From the NCBI GenBank assembly GCA_963749035.1, contig CAVVKW010000004.1:396717-460716 (forward strand): a stretch of DNA of 64,000 bases, given 5' to 3'. A program made the translations under genes and the position numbers. The stretch's first letter is position 1, and each line of letters starts with the position of its first letter. Source of the DNA: an uncultured Verrucomicrobiae bacterium. GTDB lineage: Bacteria > Verrucomicrobiota > Verrucomicrobiia > Chthoniobacterales > JAATET01. The notes beneath the pieces were generated by a model. The model was given only the letters and a program-made list of their open reading frames with translations, did no database searches and had not been told where the DNA came from. Of the stretch, positions 60,236 through 64,000 are shown one piece after another.

Positions 60236-61294
60236 TCATTTGAGCGTCTCCAGGTAGTCGACGATGTGGTCGATGTCGGAGTCGACGAGTTTCATGGCGG
60301 GCATGAGCGAACCGGGCTTCATGTGCGGACTTTGGGGGTCTTTGATCCAGTCGACGAGAGTTTGGCGGTCGTTCGGCAGAGAGCCGCCGGCGATGGTGGT
60401 TCGGGTGGCGAGCTTGGTGAGGTCGGGGCCGAAGACGATCTCGGTGAGGCTTCCGTCAACGATGTGGCAATTGATGCAGGCGTTGCTGGCGAAAGTTTGG
60501 CGGCCGAGGGCGACGGCGGGGTCCTCGACCGGCGGCGCGGCCTGGTTGCGAGCCCAGGCTTGGTAGTCGTCCGGTTCGTCGACGAAGACGCGGAGAAGCA
60601 TGTTGGCGTGTTGGGTGCCGCAATATTCGGCGCAATTGCCGAGGAAGAGGCCGGTTTCGCTGGGCTCGAGCCAAAGTTCGTTCCGGCGGTTGGGGACGAG
60701 GTCGGTTTTGCCATTGAGCTGGGGCACCCAGAAGCTGTGAATGACGTCGGCGGACTCGAGGAGGACGCGGGTGGGGCGGGGATTCTCGTCGGTGCTGAGA
60801 GGGATGTGGATTTCGTTGGCGACGATGAACTCGGTCTGGCCCTCGGCGTCGAGGTAGTGAACTTCCCACCACCACTGATGCCCAATGACCTTGATGGTGA
60901 GAGCGCTTTCGGGCAGCCGGGCGTTCTGGATGTCGGCGATCGTGCGCGCAGTGACGAGGACGAGGACGATGGTGATGAGGATGGGGAGGACGGTCCAAGC
61001 GAGCTCGATTTGGGTGCTGCCGTAAACCTGGGGAGGTTCCTCGTCGTTGTCGCCGGGACGACGGCGGAATTTGAGGACCGTGTAGATCAGCAGGCTGGTG
61101 ACGATGACGAAGATGATCGTGCAGATGAGAAGAACGAGGAGGGAAACCTCGTGAATCATGAGCGCGGGTTTCGACTTCGGGTCGAACATGTTGGCGACCG
61201 CGTGAAGCTTCGGGTCGTCGGATTGAGCGAGCGCCGTAAAAGGCGCGGCCAACGCGGACGCTATCCAGAGTGAGAGTTGGGATTTCCCGCGCAC
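60236..61294 (-). CDS. ctaC: Cytochrome c oxidase subunit II fused to a C-terminal cytochrome c domain (caa3-type)
   Basis: 352 aa. CuA site HSFWVPQL..CAEYCGTQHANM. C-terminal CINCH haem-binding motif. Confidence 0.9.
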   Translation of the reverse strand: MRGKSQLSLWIASALAAPFTALAQSDDPKLHAVANMFDPKSKPALMIHEVSLLVLLICTIIFVIVTSLLIYTVLKFRRRPGDNDEEPPQVYGSTQIELAWTVLPILITIVLVLVTARTIADIQNARLPESALTIKVIGHQWWWEVHYLDAEGQTEFIVANEIHIPLSTDENPRPTRVLLESADVIHSFWVPQLNGKTDLVPNRRNELWLEPSETGLFLGNCAEYCGTQHANMLLRVFVDEPDDYQAWARNQAAPPVEDPAVALGRQTFASNACINCHIVDGSLTEIVFGPDLTKLATRTTIAGGSLPNDRQTLVDWIKDPQSPHMKPGSLMPAMKLVDSDIDHIVDYLETLK

Positions 61295-61400
61295 GTTCGG
61301 TCTTGGATAACAGGCAGACCAGAGATTTCAAACTCTAGTTGTCCTCTTGATGTTTTGCGAGTTGGTCGACAGGGTGGCCTGACCAAATCTCTGGTTGAAC

Positions 61401-63026
61401 ATGCACCGAATCCTCTTGCTGACTTCGAACGATGGGGTCACTTCCCGTGTCGCGTCGCTGCTGGCGGCACGTTTGAAGAATCATTTTTTGATGAAGACGG
61501 CGGAGGGGGTGAGGTCGGGGTCGGTCCCGCTGATCAACGAACGGGCGCCGGACGTTGTCTTGGTGGACTTGCCGCCGCAGGACGAAAACCCTGAGCAGCT
61601 GCTGGCGCTGTCGTTGGAAATGGTGGCTGGCTTGCCTTTGATCGCGCTCCTGAGCGTCGAGGATCCGGAATTGGAACTCCAGGCACTGAAGGGTGGGGCG
61701 CAGGATTGTCTTTTGCTGCCCGAGCTGACGGCGCGGTCACTGGCGCGGTCGATTCGGCACGCGATGGAGCGGGCCGTGATCGAACGCCGCTTGGCGAGGG
61801 AGCAAGAGATGCTCAACAACCTGTTGGATCAATTGCCGGACCGAATTTACTTCAAGGACTTGAAGAGCCGGTTCATTCGGGTGAACAAGGCAATGCTGGA
61901 ACTCTTTCGGGCGCGGGATTCGTCGGCGTTGATCGGGAAGACGGACCACGATTTTTTCACGGTCGAGCACGCCAAGCCCGCTTACAAGGACGAGCAGGGA
62001 ATCATGGAGACGGGGTCGCCGATCATCAACAAGCTCGAGCGGGAGACGCTCCCGGACGGCGAGGTTCGCTGGGCACTGACGTCGAAGCTGCCGCTCAGGG
62101 GGCGGGACGGCGAGATCACCGGGACGTTTGGGATCTCCCACGACATCACGCAGATGAAGCTGTTGGAGGAAGCGGTGGACGCTGAGCGGTTGAGATTCAA
62201 GCTGCTGTCGGAGGAATTGCAGGAGCGTAATTTGCAGCTCGAGCAGGATTTGGTAATGGCGAAGGGGATTCAGGAGGCGCTGTTGCCGGAGGCCGTCGTG
62301 ATGTATCCGGGCGGGGTGGGGGAAGGTGATGACCGCGTGCGGATTTCTTCCGTGTATCGTCCGGCGTCGGCGGTCGGGGGGGACTTTTTCACGATTGTCC
62401 CGATCGACGCGCAGCGCGTGGGTGTCTTGATCTGCGACATCATGGGGCACGGGTTGCGAGCCGCTTTGGGGACGGCGATCGTGCGGGGGTTGGTCGAGCA
62501 GTTGCAGAGTGATGCGGAGATTCCCGACGCGTTTTTGACCAGCTTGAACCGGGGGCTGCGCGCCATTCTGAGAAACATCGACGAGCCTCTACTCGTGACC
62601 GCGTTCTATCTGGTGGCGAACGTGGAAACGGGGGCGATCTCGTTCGGGACGGCGGGCCATCCGGGACCCGTAATCTGTGATCGTCAGTCGGGTGAGGTTC
62701 GCGAGTTGCCGCTGGAGAAGGCCAAGCGAGGACCGGCGCTGGCGCTCTTCGACGACGCGACTTACGGCCGGGAGGAGTATGAGCTGGAGGAGGGCCGGGT
62801 GTTACTTTTGTTCACCGATGGGGCCATCGAATTGAGCGACCCTACGGGTCGCGTGATCGGGATCGAGTGCTTCTTGGAGAGCGCGCATTCGCACGTTGCC
62901 CTGCCGGCCGACGAATTGTGTCGGAACGTTCTGGCCGACATCCAGGAAACGGCGGGCGGAGCGGAGTTTGACGACGACGTCTGTCTCGTGGCGTTGGAGC
63001 GAGGGTCGCGTGTCGGGGTGGGTTAG
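61401..63026 (+). CDS. Receiver-like domain / PAS / PP2C (SpoIIE/RsbU-type) phosphatase signalling protein
   Basis: N-terminal REC-like (..DVVLVDLPPQ..LPLIALLS..). PAS (..IYFKDLKSRFIRVNKAM..GISHDITQ..). PP2C (..AVGGDFF..VLICDIMGHGLRAA..LLLFTDGAIE..DDVCLVAL). Confidence 0.8.
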   Translation: MHRILLLTSNDGVTSRVASLLAARLKNHFLMKTAEGVRSGSVPLINERAPDVVLVDLPPQDENPEQLLALSLEMVAGLPLIALLSVEDPELELQALKGGAQDCLLLPELTARSLARSIRHAMERAVIERRLAREQEMLNNLLDQLPDRIYFKDLKSRFIRVNKAMLELFRARDSSALIGKTDHDFFTVEHAKPAYKDEQGIMETGSPIINKLERETLPDGEVRWALTSKLPLRGRDGEITGTFGISHDITQMKLLEEAVDAERLRFKLLSEELQERNLQLEQDLVMAKGIQEALLPEAVVMYPGGVGEGDDRVRISSVYRPASAVGGDFFTIVPIDAQRVGVLICDIMGHGLRAALGTAIVRGLVEQLQSDAEIPDAFLTSLNRGLRAILRNIDEPLLVTAFYLVANVETGAISFGTAGHPGPVICDRQSGEVRELPLEKAKRGPALALFDDATYGREEYELEEGRVLLLFTDGAIELSDPTGRVIGIECFLESAHSHVALPADELCRNVLADIQETAGGAEFDDDVCLVALERGSRVGVG

Positions 63027-63733
63027 CCGCCCCAGCGTCCATTGACCGAGATCGTTCCGGTCGTGGAGATGCGCGAGTAATCGGTCTTGCCGACGGCACC
63101 GATCATTTTCTTTCCGGTCGCTTTTTTCCAGGCCTTGCTGAAGCTCTCGGCGGTGTGGCACCCCCAGCTTTTGATGTGGGCGTCCTTCGTGAAGATGCCG
63201 CGCTTGATCGCGCGGAGTTCGTCTTCGTGCAGCCAGGACTTGGACGCGGAATCGATCTGGTTGCTGTAGTCGAACATGAAGGCCTTGCTGTTCGAGTGGC
63301 CGTAGAAGTCGAAGCTCGCGACCTTGACCTGCCTTCGAGGTAAGCCTTGATTGAGGTAGCCGATGACTTCGGCACCTTCCTCGAACCAGACGAGGTTGAC
63401 GCCGTATTTATCGCGAACGGAGACGATGTTGCTGATGAGGTTTTCGTTGTCCTGGCGATTGCCGCGACGGGCGTAGCTGGAGCGGTGGACGAGCCAGGTG
63501 ATGCGGGCGCTCGGCCCGTGTGCCTTGCGGAGTTCCTGGATGCGAATGCGCGCTGAGCGGATGAAGTTGCCCCACCACCGGTCGTGCGGGGCGGCCTTGT
63601 ATTTCTCCCATTCGTGGAGCGACGGTCCGCCGCTGAGGATGATGTATTCGCGATTGGCGGCTTGGGCTTGGGCCTCGGCGAATGGCGTGGCGACGAGGGT
63701 CAGGAGGAGAAGAAAGGCAAAGTGGGCGCGCAT
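63023..63733 (-). CDS. Hypothetical secreted protein
   Basis: Internal Met MRAHFAFLLLLTLVATPFAEAQA (signal peptide). No family recognised. Confidence 0.5.
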   Translation of the reverse strand: MRAHFAFLLLLTLVATPFAEAQAQAANREYIILSGGPSLHEWEKYKAAPHDRWWGNFIRSARIRIQELRKAHGPSARITWLVHRSSYARRGNRQDNENLISNIVSVRDKYGVNLVWFEEGAEVIGYLNQGLPRRQVKVASFDFYGHSNSKAFMFDYSNQIDSASKSWLHEDELRAIKRGIFTKDAHIKSWGCHTAESFSKAWKKATGKKMIGAVGKTDYSRISTTGTISVNGRWGG

Positions 63734-63789
63734 AAGGTCGGGAAGGGGCGGGTGTTGTCGGTAGTTAGTTATTATTGATTTGCGTTTGG

Positions 63790-64000
63790 TCAATGGCGAG
63801 ATTTCGCAACTGCGGGATGATTTGTAGTGAGTCCGTCGAATCCGATCTCGTTACAATGAGCCATTTCGCAGGGGGAATTCACGGTAAACGTGTAGGCGAT
63901 TTTGGAAACTTCGCGTTCGATTTGCGTGTCGTTGAGGGAAGGTGAGTAGCGGAGGTCAAAGCCGTCAAGGTGGCGGATGCGGCTCGAAAGATCGGCGGGG
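63790..64000 (-). CDS. C-terminal part of a glycerophosphodiester-phosphodiesterase-like protein (5' end outside the window)
   Basis: My translation of the minus strand: ..IAYTFTVNSPCEMAHCNEIGFDGLTTNHPAVAKSRH*. The ..G(F/V)DG(L/I)(T/I)T(N/D)xP ending is GDPD-like. Confidence 0.4.
   Translation of the reverse strand, partial: PADLSSRIRHLDGFDLRYSPSLNDTQIEREVSKIAYTFTVNSPCEMAHCNEIGFDGLTTNHPAVAKSRH

Overview
This is a high-GC bacterial chromosome segment (well above 60% by eye). The gene content and the style of the intergenic repeats look Verrucomicrobia/Opitutaceae-like, but that is inference only.

**1-10.7 kb:** a partial insertion sequence (rve/DDE transposase running off the left edge), then envelope and housekeeping genes (lipoprotein, FAD oxidoreductase, waaA, rsmD, AsmA-like, lipid kinase, rhomboid, DUF3352-like), ending at tRNA-Phe (10643-10715).

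**10.8-28 kb:** directly after the tRNA lies a ~17 kb accessory/defence island. It holds hipBA, a decayed hsdR-like fragment, vapBC bracketed by a local repeat family, and a membrane-anchored lysozyme-like protein. It also holds one long, tightly coupled minus-strand operon in which a Type I R-M system (hsdM, hsdS, hsdR) is interrupted by three nested modules:
- an Abi_2/HEPN gene;
- a reverse transcriptase plus PD-(D/E)xK-like gene pair;
- abiEi/abiEii.

The Abi_2 and AbiE insertions are each bracketed by ~90%-identical duplications, of the hsdM 3' end and the hsdR 5' end respectively. The RT + nuclease-like pair has lower GC and is coupled by ATGA overlaps to hsdS and to an hsdR start. It is my best candidate for an undescribed defence system.

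**28-64 kb:** mostly core genes.
- TolC plus two RND efflux systems, one permease frameshifted in a G6 run.
- Fpg/Nei, YjbQ, an aldo/keto reductase, a tautomerase, DJ-1/PfpI and TetR.
- MMPL plus a LolA-like protein, divergent from a 1344-aa internally duplicated membrane protein.
- A GT4 / GH130 / GT4 glycan cluster.
- A caa3-type oxidase operon that also carries Rieske and dihaem cytochrome c genes but no cytochrome b.
- A REC-PAS-PP2C regulator.

**Repeats:** heptamer-periodic (GAGTTGA)n tracts and composite 8-9-mer repeats sit at many gene borders, and even inside waaA and hsdM.

All functional calls come from motif recognition in the supplied translations. No database search was possible.
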